Source: Desulfuromonas sp. (GTDB taxonomy: Bacteria > Desulfobacterota > Desulfuromonadia > Desulfuromonadales > BM501). Taken from it: a stretch of DNA of 64,000 nt. The notes under the pieces are model-generated. The model did no database searches. It saw only the letters and a list, made by a program, of their open reading frames with translations, and was not told where the DNA came from. The position numbers were made by a program, and so were the translations under genes. Position 1 is the stretch's first letter. Every line of letters starts with the position of its first letter. Of the stretch, positions 8,392 to 17,251 are shown piece by piece. The DNA lies in the NCBI RefSeq assembly GCF_002868845.1, contig NZ_PKUB01000014.1, positions 27,762-91,761 of the forward strand. Direction: 5' to 3'.

Positions 8392-11300
8392 ATGGGATTA
8401 AAATTTATGAACAACCTTCTTCACATGGCCACGGTCGAACTATCTCAATATCTTTCAGTGCAATTACCAGAATTGGCCGATGACTGGTGGAATAAACATG
8501 TTGTTGGACGCCTTAGTTTCCAGCAGCAGCGAATGGTTGAAAATCGCGGGTTCAAGACTCTACAGGAACTTGATTTCGCAGCACTGCTGCGGATTATGGA
8601 TCAGAACTGGTTTGAATTATCCAACACCCTTAACTTGCCACGAGAAGGGCGGACGTGGTTGAAAGAGTTGCAAACCGTGCGCAACAAATGGGCCCATCTC
8701 TCGGCAGAAACGATGCCGGCAAGTGAGATTTACCGTGATGCCGACACCCTGGGACGTTTGATGGGAATGTTGGGGGCTGGACAGGTTGCTATCGACACGG
8801 TGGAAGCAACCAAGTCTGAAGCGGTAGCTGCGATGGCAGATTCGATCTGTTCGGTGACACCAGAACCATCTGCGTCATCGCTTCAACAAGTTGTTGCCAT
8901 TGCTCCTGAATCGAAAATGACACCCGTGAGCGCATCCGAGCAAATGAGTGCAAAGCCGGCCTCCCTATTCAAGGTGGGCGACCTGGTCGCATTACGATCA
9001 AACCCTTCCGAGCTGATGCCAGTGCTTGAGATAATCCCAGGGGGCGGGGAATGCCGCTATAGTGTTTTTCACAACAACTCTAAAACCACATATTATGAGA
9101 GTCAGTTGCTCACCCCGGTGGAGGCCTCTGAAGAACACAAGATCCTTACCGTCAAACAACTCCAGGCCCATTTGACCAGCCTACAAATTCTTTCACCAAG
9201 CACAACAAATCTTTTTTCTCTCCGCTCGGGACGCGTTCAATTCGTCCCCTATCAGTACAGGCCCGTAATGAAGCTAATCCGGTCTGATCGACCTCGCCTG
9301 CTGATAGCAGATGAAGTCGGGGTGGGAAAGACCATCGAGGCCGGTCTGATTATCAAGGAGTTGCGGGCCCGAATGGAACTCAGTTCTGTGCTAGTGATCT
9401 GCCCAAAGGCTCTGGTGGCGGAGCGCAAGTGGGCCAATGAAATGAAGCGCTTCGATGAAAACTTCACAGCCTTGGACGGTCCGTTGTTGCGCCACTGCCT
9501 AAACGAAACACATCTGGATGGGGAATGGCCGGATCAGTATTCAAAAGCCATCCTCCCGTTTTCCCTGTTCGACTCCAAGCTCGTCTTTGGGCCAGAGGGC
9601 CGGAAAAAGAAAAGAGACCAGGGGCTATTAAGCCTTGAACCGCCCCCAAAGTTCGATCTGGTGATCGTGGACGAAGCGCACCACATCAGAAACTCAGACA
9701 CCTTTTTACATCAAGGGGTTCGGTATTTCTGCGACCATGCCCAGGCCGTACTGCTGCTCACGGCGACACCGGTTCAACTTGGCAGTTCGGATTTGTTCAC
9801 CCTGCTGAATGTCCTTCGCCCAGACCTGATCATCGACCATGCTAGTTTCAGGCAGATGGCTGAGCCAAACGGGCTGATCAATCAGGCGGTTCAGCATTGC
9901 CGAACAGGACAAGATGGTTGGCAGCATGATGCTCGCGGCTGTCTGGATGATGTCGCTCAGACGGAATGGGGCAGACTGTTCCTGCGTGAGTCACCCACTT
10001 TTCAGAATGTCTATGACAAATTGGGGGAGGACGACCTTGGCGATAAAGAGCGGGTTGAACTCACCCACGCCATCGAGTCTCTCTACACCTTCAGCCCGCT
10101 GATCAACAGAACGCGACGCCGCGACATCGGCGAGTTCACCACCCGAAAGCCAGAAACCGTTACTGTTGACTTCACCTCGGACCAAAAGGAACTCCACAAT
10201 GAGTTGTTGGACATAGTCGCACGCATTCTGACCTTCTGCCACGGCCAAAAGAATGTGAAATTTATGATGACTACCATCCGTCGACAAGCTGCGAGCTGCC
10301 TTTACGGGTTGGCGCCGATGCTCCAAGACCTTTTGGTCGGCAAATTGGATCAGATTGAGTCGATGGAGGCTAGCGACAACGATACCGATATTGATTTAGG
10401 CTTTGTCAGCGAGGTTCGCTCTGACGTGGAAGATTTGCTGGAAAAGGCACGTCATCTGGAACCGTATGACCCTAAGATCGAAGCCTTTATGGAGATACTG
10501 GTCGACAAAAGCAAACTGGAAAACAACAAAGCCCTGGTCTTTAGCACATTCCGACATACTCTGGCCTATCTTGCGGTGCACACCGAAAAGACAGGGTTAC
10601 GCTATGGGTTGATCCACGGCAACGTGCCGGATGACGAGCGTGCTGAACTGCGGCGCCGGTTTGCATTGCCCAAAGAGCATGATGAGGCGATTGACATCTT
10701 GCTTTCGTCTGAAGTCGGCTGTGAGGGTCTCGATTTTCAGTTCTGTGATTTCCTGGTCAACTACGACCTACCTTGGAACCCGATGCGAATTGAACAAAGG
10801 ATTGGCCGTATTGACCGATATGGGCAACAGAGCGAGACGGTCGCCATTATCAACTTCGTCACCCCCGGAACAGTCGATGCCGACATCTACGGGCGCTGCC
10901 TGTGGCGAATTGGTGTATTTCAGCATGCTGTCGGTGGCAGCGAAGAAATCCTAGGGGAGATCACTCAAAAAATACATGACATAGCAGATAGTTTCGTTTT
11001 GACCACAGAAGAGCGTGAGCAGCGATTAAAGCAGCTTGCTGACAACGGAATCCGACAGGTGCGCGAAGAGCAAGAGCTTGAAACCAAACAGGCCGAACTC
11101 TTTGGCTTAAATGTACCGAAACAGACTTGGCAAGAGGAAATTGAAGCCGCGGAAACCTTCTGGCTTTCACAAGAAGCCATACAGGGCTGCGTGCGCACAT
11201 ATCTTGCGGAGCGGCTTGAAGAAGAGGTCGAACATTTGCTTGGAGAAAAACCTCTGAAGACTTTGCGTATAAGCCAGCAAGCACGCAACAAACTACTTGC

Positions 11301-12018
11301 CGACTACAAAAAACTGAAGCGCTCCAATGAGCCCATGGCCAGGGAATGGGAAAAGTGGCTGAAGGGGGCCCACCCGACGATCTCGATAACGTTCGACCAA
11401 GAGGTAGCAGCAGAGAACCCCAAAGCTATACACCTATCTGTGGCTCACCCCCTAGTGAGGCAAGCCGCGCATTGCCTGAGGCTTGATGACCCGGTAGATG
11501 TTGCAATTTCGGTCCAACACACCGACCTTCCACCAGGGGAGCATCATTTTGCCATCTACCGTTGGAAGAAGCAGGGCGTTAAATCTGACGAAACACTCAT
11601 CGCTGTAGCCGCAAGGCAAGAAATAGAAAATGCCCTGCTCACGCTTCTCCAAATGGGTTCAGACAATAGAAAACATAGCCCACTGAGCATTTCCGAGCGC
11701 GATACTCTAGACATGCGACACCACCTCAAGTGGACGGAAGCACGCGGCAATCATATTGCAGAAAATCGTCAAATCGTGGAACTGCGGGCACAAAGTCTGA
11801 CGGTAAGTCATCAAGCACGATGCAAGGCCATAGGGGATCAGCTAGCGGTAGCCACAAACGACAAGATTCGGCTGATGAAAGAAGGGGAACTTGCTCGCGC
11901 CAATGCTGACTTTTCACGTCACATGGAACAGGTTCAGCAGGCCGCCGAACGAGCTGACATTTTGGCAGTACCCGCGGTGTTCGGAACTTTGGAAATTGTG
12001 GGGGGGGGGCAGTCATGA
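8392..12018 (+). CDS. 1208-aa Swt1-like HEPN + SNF2-family (SF2) helicase
   Basis: HEPN R-x4-H motif: LQTVRNKWAHLS (RNKWAH = 8680-8697). SNF2 motifs: LLIADEVGVGKTIEAG, LVIVDEAHHIRN, LLLTATPVQLG, LLSSEVGCEGLDFQ, NPMRIEQRIGRIDRYGQ. Exact start is uncertain (ATGs at 8392, 8407, 8425; none has a good RBS). Confidence 0.85.
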   Translation: MGLKFMNNLLHMATVELSQYLSVQLPELADDWWNKHVVGRLSFQQQRMVENRGFKTLQELDFAALLRIMDQNWFELSNTLNLPREGRTWLKELQTVRNKWAHLSAETMPASEIYRDADTLGRLMGMLGAGQVAIDTVEATKSEAVAAMADSICSVTPEPSASSLQQVVAIAPESKMTPVSASEQMSAKPASLFKVGDLVALRSNPSELMPVLEIIPGGGECRYSVFHNNSKTTYYESQLLTPVEASEEHKILTVKQLQAHLTSLQILSPSTTNLFSLRSGRVQFVPYQYRPVMKLIRSDRPRLLIADEVGVGKTIEAGLIIKELRARMELSSVLVICPKALVAERKWANEMKRFDENFTALDGPLLRHCLNETHLDGEWPDQYSKAILPFSLFDSKLVFGPEGRKKKRDQGLLSLEPPPKFDLVIVDEAHHIRNSDTFLHQGVRYFCDHAQAVLLLTATPVQLGSSDLFTLLNVLRPDLIIDHASFRQMAEPNGLINQAVQHCRTGQDGWQHDARGCLDDVAQTEWGRLFLRESPTFQNVYDKLGEDDLGDKERVELTHAIESLYTFSPLINRTRRRDIGEFTTRKPETVTVDFTSDQKELHNELLDIVARILTFCHGQKNVKFMMTTIRRQAASCLYGLAPMLQDLLVGKLDQIESMEASDNDTDIDLGFVSEVRSDVEDLLEKARHLEPYDPKIEAFMEILVDKSKLENNKALVFSTFRHTLAYLAVHTEKTGLRYGLIHGNVPDDERAELRRRFALPKEHDEAIDILLSSEVGCEGLDFQFCDFLVNYDLPWNPMRIEQRIGRIDRYGQQSETVAIINFVTPGTVDADIYGRCLWRIGVFQHAVGGSEEILGEITQKIHDIADSFVLTTEEREQRLKQLADNGIRQVREEQELETKQAELFGLNVPKQTWQEEIEAAETFWLSQEAIQGCVRTYLAERLEEEVEHLLGEKPLKTLRISQQARNKLLADYKKLKRSNEPMAREWEKWLKGAHPTISITFDQEVAAENPKAIHLSVAHPLVRQAAHCLRLDDPVDVAISVQHTDLPPGEHHFAIYRWKKQGVKSDETLIAVAARQEIENALLTLLQMGSDNRKHSPLSISERDTLDMRHHLKWTEARGNHIAENRQIVELRAQSLTVSHQARCKAIGDQLAVATNDKIRLMKEGELARANADFSRHMEQVQQAAERADILAVPAVFGTLEIVGGGQS
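12000..12009 (+). repeat. G10 homopolymer at the ORF2/ORF3 junction
   Basis: gtG GGG GGG GGG cag tca TGA. The tract encodes the GGG tail of the SNF2 protein and lies 5 nt before the ATG (12015) of the GHKL gene. Confidence 0.95.
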
Positions 12019-15000
12019 GCATCATTGATGAGATTCGAGGCGAAAGGGTGGATTTAGCCAGAGTCCTGAAGAAACACAAAGGTATCCGTAGAATTGTTGA
12101 GGACCTTTACCCCGATAGTGCTCATTTCATTTACGAGCTTCTGCAAAATGCTGAAGATACTGGGGCGACAGAGACCACTTTTCGCTTGGAAGAAAATGGT
12201 CTCTTCTTTGAGCACAATGGCCGCCCATTTGAGCCCCCGGACATATATGCGATTACGGATATCGGGGAAGGGACCAAAGCGGCCGATAACGATAAAATCG
12301 GCAGATTCGGTGTCGGATTTAAGGCGGTTTTTGCATACTCGGAAACCCCCCGAATCTGGTCTCCCACATTCTCTTTCGAAATAACCGAACTGGTCCTGCC
12401 CGCTGCCCTGGAAACGAACTCGGGGGTGGGCGATAAGACGTGTTTCGAATTTCCTTTTAACAATCCCAAAAAAGCGCCTCAAAATGCGTATGAGGAGATC
12501 AAGGAAGGGCTTGAGGAATTGGCCGAGACGGCCCTCTTGTTCCTCTCGGATCTAGAATCAATCCGCTGGCAGGTAAGAGGCAAGCCGGCTGGGGAGGTAT
12601 TGCGGATTGAACACTCACTAAACCATATTGAGGTGCTGAAGCAGGTCGATGGCAAAAAAACGAGGGCTTCCCATTTCCTACGTTTCTGCAACCCTGTTGA
12701 TGGTTTGGAAAAACAGAATGTAACCATTGCCTTTGAACTCGATTTTTTGCCAAATATTACTGAGTTTGAGGCCAAGAAACCTCTCTTCATGCAACTAAAA
12801 ATAGTCCAAGCAAATCCCGGGCGAGTCGCTGTATTTTTTCCTGCAGAAAAAGAGGTCTCAGGGTTACGTTTTCATCTCCATGCCCCGTTTGTCCCAGAAC
12901 TCAGCCGTGCCAGTGTCAAGGAGACCCCCGCAAACGAGCCGTTATTTTTTCAACTCGCTGCGCTTGCCGCAGCCTCGCTGCACTCGATACGTGATTTGGA
13001 GATGCTGACGGGAGACTTCCTTGGGGTTCTTCCTAACCAGCAGGACGTTTTACCTAAACGGTATCAACCAATCCGTGAGGCTATCATCACGGAGATGATA
13101 AACGAGCCGGTAACACCAACCTATTCTAAAACCCACTCTCAGGCCAAACACTTAGTTCAAGCGAAGCTATCTCTCAAGTCACTATTGTCAGAGCAGGACC
13201 TTGAGTTTCTGATTGACTATGGCGCAGTGCCACCACAGTGGGCAATCACTGCATCTCAAAAAAACAGCTTTCAAGACCGCTTTATATCGGCCCTAGCAAT
13301 CACCGAGTGGAATATTGAGCAGTTTGTAGACTTATTAGAGGATAGGGCATACGGAGAGGAATGGGCCGAAGTTGATGAAAATTTTATGGATTGGATTAGA
13401 AAAAAACCTATGGAATGGCACCAGCATTTTTATGCGATGCTTTACAGGGAACAAGAGGCAGGTGAAGATTTTCTTGACAGGTTGAATGATGTTAAAATAG
13501 TTCGTCTAACCGATGGCAGCTACGGTGTGGGATATAAGAGTTATTTCGTAACGGATGGAATGGTTCCTGATGAAATTTTTCCTTGTGTTGACCCTGAAGT
13601 CTATTCCTCAGGCAAAAGCAAAACTCAGCAATCTAACTCTAAAAAATTTCTCAAATCAATTGGTGTTCGAGAGATTGGAGAGGTTGAAAAAATAGAGTCA
13701 ATACTCGACCAACGCTATTCAACAGAAAATTGTTTTATTCAAGAAAAAACCTATTTCACTGACCTGAAAAGATTCATTGAACTCGTTGAAAAAGAGCCTA
13801 ACAGGGCGGACTTATTTACAAATAAATACATTTTCAGACAAAAAAATCACAAATGGTGCCAGCCGAGAAAGCTCTACTTAGACAAACCTTTTAAAAACAC
13901 AGGCCTTTCCTCTTATTATAAGGTAATAGGCGAAAAAGGGCTACGCTCTGCATTGGCGAATAGCTATCAGGACTCCGGAATCGACATTGAAAGAATAGGA
14001 AGATTTGCTCAAGCAGTCCGAGTACAGCATAAGTTACTTATTTTCCAACAATCCACCAACAAGCACACATCTAAAGATGTTCTTCGTCAAGACTACTATC
14101 AACCTTATGTCAGATGGACTAGCACGGCCATTGACAATGATTGGATGATTCAATATCTGGAGGAATTACTGGTAGATCCTTCAGAAAATTTATCAAGATT
14201 ATTATGGAAAACAATGGTAAATGCTATCCCTAATATACTGAAGGCACAGTTCAGACCGAACCAACAGTATCGCATTCGAGAACAGCCATCTTCGTTAGTT
14301 TTGATATTAAGGCGAATGCGCTGGGTACCCCAAGGAAATGAAGAATTTGTTACTCCAGAAAATGCATATCGTGAAAAGCTACCGAAAGGGTTTCCTTACG
14401 ATGAGGACTATGAATGGCTCAAGGCATTAGGCTTTGGAGCAAAAATCCGCCAGCAAACAGAAGAACATATCAAAAAACGAGCTGTTGCGAAGGATGTTCT
14501 TGGAACTGATGACCCCGATTCAATCGAAGATGCCAAATGGTTTGTCGGTCTTTCCGAAGAGGAGCGACAGAGTTTCAAGGCGGAATATCATAGTCGAAAT
14601 GTGTCCGACTTGCCTGAGCATGAACCCCAACACCCTGAACGCCGAGCTAAGCGACTTGGGGAACAGGCCGCGGGTGCGCCGGAGCGCACTAAGGAACAAC
14701 GCACACGAACCGTTTCGATCGGTCAAGGAGAGATAAAAAAAGAAGCTGACCAGTATCTTCGCCAGCAGTACACCGATGACAACGACCGGACGATCTGCCA
14801 GGTGTGCAAAAAGGAATTGCCATTCAAGCTTCATGATGACAGTTACTATTTTGAAAAGGTGGAATTGCTACCAGAACTTAAAAAAAGATATCCACAGAAC
14901 TATATAGCATTGTGTCCAAACCATGCCGCTATGTTCCAACATGCTAATGGTTCTATAGAAACAATTAAAACTTCCCTCTTTGAATCTAATAACAATCATG

Positions 15001-15113
15001 TAGACATTACCCTTGCTAACAAAAATGCTAGCATTTACTTCACTAAAACACATATTGCCGACCTGCAAACCGTTATCCATTCTGACACTGAAGACTCTAA
15101 AATAGGTGTCTAA
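12015..15113 (+). CDS. 1032-aa sacsin/MORC-like GHKL ATPase with C-terminal HNH-like finger
   Basis: Start overlaps the upstream stop (ATGA). Bergerat-fold motifs: YELLQNAEDTGA (~12135-12161), EHNGRPF, DIGEGTK, IGRFGVGFKAVFAYS. C-terminus: CQVC...LHDD...NYIALCPNHAAMFQH (~14794-14945). Confidence 0.8.
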   Translation: MSIIDEIRGERVDLARVLKKHKGIRRIVEDLYPDSAHFIYELLQNAEDTGATETTFRLEENGLFFEHNGRPFEPPDIYAITDIGEGTKAADNDKIGRFGVGFKAVFAYSETPRIWSPTFSFEITELVLPAALETNSGVGDKTCFEFPFNNPKKAPQNAYEEIKEGLEELAETALLFLSDLESIRWQVRGKPAGEVLRIEHSLNHIEVLKQVDGKKTRASHFLRFCNPVDGLEKQNVTIAFELDFLPNITEFEAKKPLFMQLKIVQANPGRVAVFFPAEKEVSGLRFHLHAPFVPELSRASVKETPANEPLFFQLAALAAASLHSIRDLEMLTGDFLGVLPNQQDVLPKRYQPIREAIITEMINEPVTPTYSKTHSQAKHLVQAKLSLKSLLSEQDLEFLIDYGAVPPQWAITASQKNSFQDRFISALAITEWNIEQFVDLLEDRAYGEEWAEVDENFMDWIRKKPMEWHQHFYAMLYREQEAGEDFLDRLNDVKIVRLTDGSYGVGYKSYFVTDGMVPDEIFPCVDPEVYSSGKSKTQQSNSKKFLKSIGVREIGEVEKIESILDQRYSTENCFIQEKTYFTDLKRFIELVEKEPNRADLFTNKYIFRQKNHKWCQPRKLYLDKPFKNTGLSSYYKVIGEKGLRSALANSYQDSGIDIERIGRFAQAVRVQHKLLIFQQSTNKHTSKDVLRQDYYQPYVRWTSTAIDNDWMIQYLEELLVDPSENLSRLLWKTMVNAIPNILKAQFRPNQQYRIREQPSSLVLILRRMRWVPQGNEEFVTPENAYREKLPKGFPYDEDYEWLKALGFGAKIRQQTEEHIKKRAVAKDVLGTDDPDSIEDAKWFVGLSEEERQSFKAEYHSRNVSDLPEHEPQHPERRAKRLGEQAAGAPERTKEQRTRTVSIGQGEIKKEADQYLRQQYTDDNDRTICQVCKKELPFKLHDDSYYFEKVELLPELKKRYPQNYIALCPNHAAMFQHANGSIETIKTSLFESNNNHVDITLANKNASIYFTKTHIADLQTVIHSDTEDSKIGV

Positions 15114-15407
15114 GACGAGAGACAAACCCCAATTCAACGCAAACAGCCACACCTAACTATACACCCTTGAGCTTGAGGCATTCAGCAATATGGAGAAACA
15201 AAAAAGGGCATTCGACTGTCTCTCTTAATAGCGATATTAAGTATCGTTTTGCCTCAGTCGGAAATGGAGAATTAACCCAATTGAGTTAGCGGGCTCGACG
15301 GTTCCCCCCTTTGGGGCCTTCTGGTGTTCTGCTCGGAGAGAGCAGAACACATCCCCCGTGATATAGGCGTAAAAGCCGAGCGTTTTTCAACGACATATTT
15401 CAAACAT

Positions 15408-15447
15408 GCAAAAGGCCACCCAAACTGATGGGGTGGCCTTCGTTTTT
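15408..15447. terminator. bidirectional hairpin terminator between the convergent operons
   Basis: 10-bp stem AAGGCCACCC / GGGTGGCCTT. Flanked by TTTTT on the + strand and TTTT on the - strand. Confidence 0.55.
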
Positions 15448-15649
15448 CTCTGAAGCAACACCTACCTACTCCTTCGGTAACCGGAAGACAATTCTGATTG
15501 AACGGCGCTCGGGCACCTAGGTAGTTTCTGCATTAGAGGATATCTTCAATCCACCGAATTCAAGCCAGTAGACGAGGTATCGCGAACGAAGAGACATCTT
15601 CCCTTTGGATCGCAAAGAACATGTCTGTGCAAAAAGATTAAAATAATTA

Positions 15650-17251
15650 CTAGGTCTGCGGCTGTTCTCTAGCCAGACACGCAAGAAGCTCTATGCATGT
15701 CATCATTGCCGCCACAGCAACCCCCAAATCTATATCCTGCCCATCAGCATGTTGATTTCGATTTCGATAACTATGAATTGCATTAAGCAGAACATATGTA
15801 TCTTTTGTTGTTCTTTTAGCCTTAGGAGCAAAACCATTATAGCTACCCGTGAGCAGTTGAAGCATTCGTAACTGCAACCCAAGGTCTCCAGGGATTTCCC
15901 AGGAATTTCTGTCCATCATATCCTTTATCAACCGCAGTCCGCTTCGAGCAGGTTCGGTCCAATAGCTAATTACTTCAGGTGGCACAACAAGTGAGGACCC
16001 AAATTCTCTCTGCCAAATAATATTTAGTGCACGTTCTCTGATTCCGTTCAAGTTATTAAGGCAGTCATCTGGATACGCTGGGATGTCCTCTATGGCACGA
16101 GCGACCAGACGAAATAGACGCTCATCAAATCTGGCGATGTGTGACAGACGGCGCTCCAACAATGCTCGAATATTAGCCAGATAGCTGTCCCAGCTACCAA
16201 ATAGGCGTGCCATGCTGCCGGCGTCTGGCCCTGCACCATGAATGCTTCTTTCTAGCAAACGGCAAGAAGCTGTAACCCTCTGCCCCTTTACTGAAACAAA
16301 GCCCTTCTCGGCAAGTTCTTGATCCTCTTCCTTCCCAGTATCAGCCAGAGCCAAGTTCCCATTCTCTACCAATGCAGCATAAAGATCTTGAGCCTCAGGG
16401 GAGCAATCCGCCCAAAGTGTCTTCAGGATTGGCTCGACTTGTGGCAATGCGTACTCAGCAGCCCTGTTAATGTCATTGTTATCTATTTTCCCAGATGTTT
16501 TTTGGGAGCAGATGCCATTAAGTAGCGCCAACAATAAAGGTGGATTCCCTCCTGACCAGTTATTAAGCTCTGTCTTTGCTCCACTTTGAAAACTGTAGGA
16601 GCCAAGGCTCTGAAGGGTTGAATCGATGTCTGCGTCATCAAAGGGTGCGACTCTGATGATGCCGTTGAAAATGTTCCAGAAATCACTTGTTACCGATTTC
16701 TCATCTCGGATAAGATCATGCAACTGTCGACGAGTAGCTGTAACCAATCGGACTGCGTCCTTCAAACAAAGCTCTCGCATGTTGTCCCAAAGGTTTCTCC
16801 CTAGATTGCCTCCAGACAGCGGCTTGTCAAATCCGTCCCAAACCATAAGAAACTTCAGGTTTTCTCCATTTATAGAGTCAACGACATTGCTTAGCTCCGC
16901 ATAATGGTCATCTTCCACAGAAAGAAGATAGTCTCCGTATTCATCTTGACCTGCATCCTTGAGCCCTTCCCCTACGCGGCTGCATAACGAACTGATAAAT
17001 TCCTGTTCGGATTTTGGAGTCTTGTGACCAAGGTCCCATTCAATGACAGCACAGTACGGTGTCCCATCTGCACGCATTCTTTTGGCTAATTCTTTTAAAA
17101 TTACGCTCTTGCCCGAGAACCTGGCCCCAACTACCGAGAGATGGCTCGGGCTAACCTTCGTAAGTTCAGCGACCAGGCGATGCATAACTTGGTCGCGCCC
17201 CAACATGGGGGGAATTTCTGGCGTACAAATGGGAAATTGATTTTCAATCAT
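15650..17251 (-). CDS. 533-aa P-loop (STAND/ORC-like) ATPase with C-terminal HEPN-type domain
   Basis: ATG 17251 is preceded by GGAGGGG and overlaps the upstream stop (ATGATTGA); the track start at 17314 lies inside the upstream gene. Walker A VVGARFSGKSVILKEL (~17105-17128), Walker B FLMVWDGFDKP, then LVTATRRQL. The helical C-terminus carries SYRNRNQHA (R-x4-H, 15749-15766). Confidence 0.7.
   Translation of the reverse strand: MIENQFPICTPEIPPMLGRDQVMHRLVAELTKVSPSHLSVVGARFSGKSVILKELAKRMRADGTPYCAVIEWDLGHKTPKSEQEFISSLCSRVGEGLKDAGQDEYGDYLLSVEDDHYAELSNVVDSINGENLKFLMVWDGFDKPLSGGNLGRNLWDNMRELCLKDAVRLVTATRRQLHDLIRDEKSVTSDFWNIFNGIIRVAPFDDADIDSTLQSLGSYSFQSGAKTELNNWSGGNPPLLLALLNGICSQKTSGKIDNNDINRAAEYALPQVEPILKTLWADCSPEAQDLYAALVENGNLALADTGKEEDQELAEKGFVSVKGQRVTASCRLLERSIHGAGPDAGSMARLFGSWDSYLANIRALLERRLSHIARFDERLFRLVARAIEDIPAYPDDCLNNLNGIRERALNIIWQREFGSSLVVPPEVISYWTEPARSGLRLIKDMMDRNSWEIPGDLGLQLRMLQLLTGSYNGFAPKAKRTTKDTYVLLNAIHSYRNRNQHADGQDIDLGVAVAAMMTCIELLACLAREQPQT

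Noticed and set aside
4515-15113. Labelling the helicase/GHKL triad as DISARM, Zorya, BREX, Druantia, Hachiman or Nhi on the strength of the SNF2 or SF1 helicase alone.
   Set aside because: The signature partners of each system are absent: DUF1998 helicase and PLD, ZorAB, PglZ/BrxC/BrxL/PglX, DruA-E, and HamA. The GHKL and HEPN modules do not belong to those systems as I know them.
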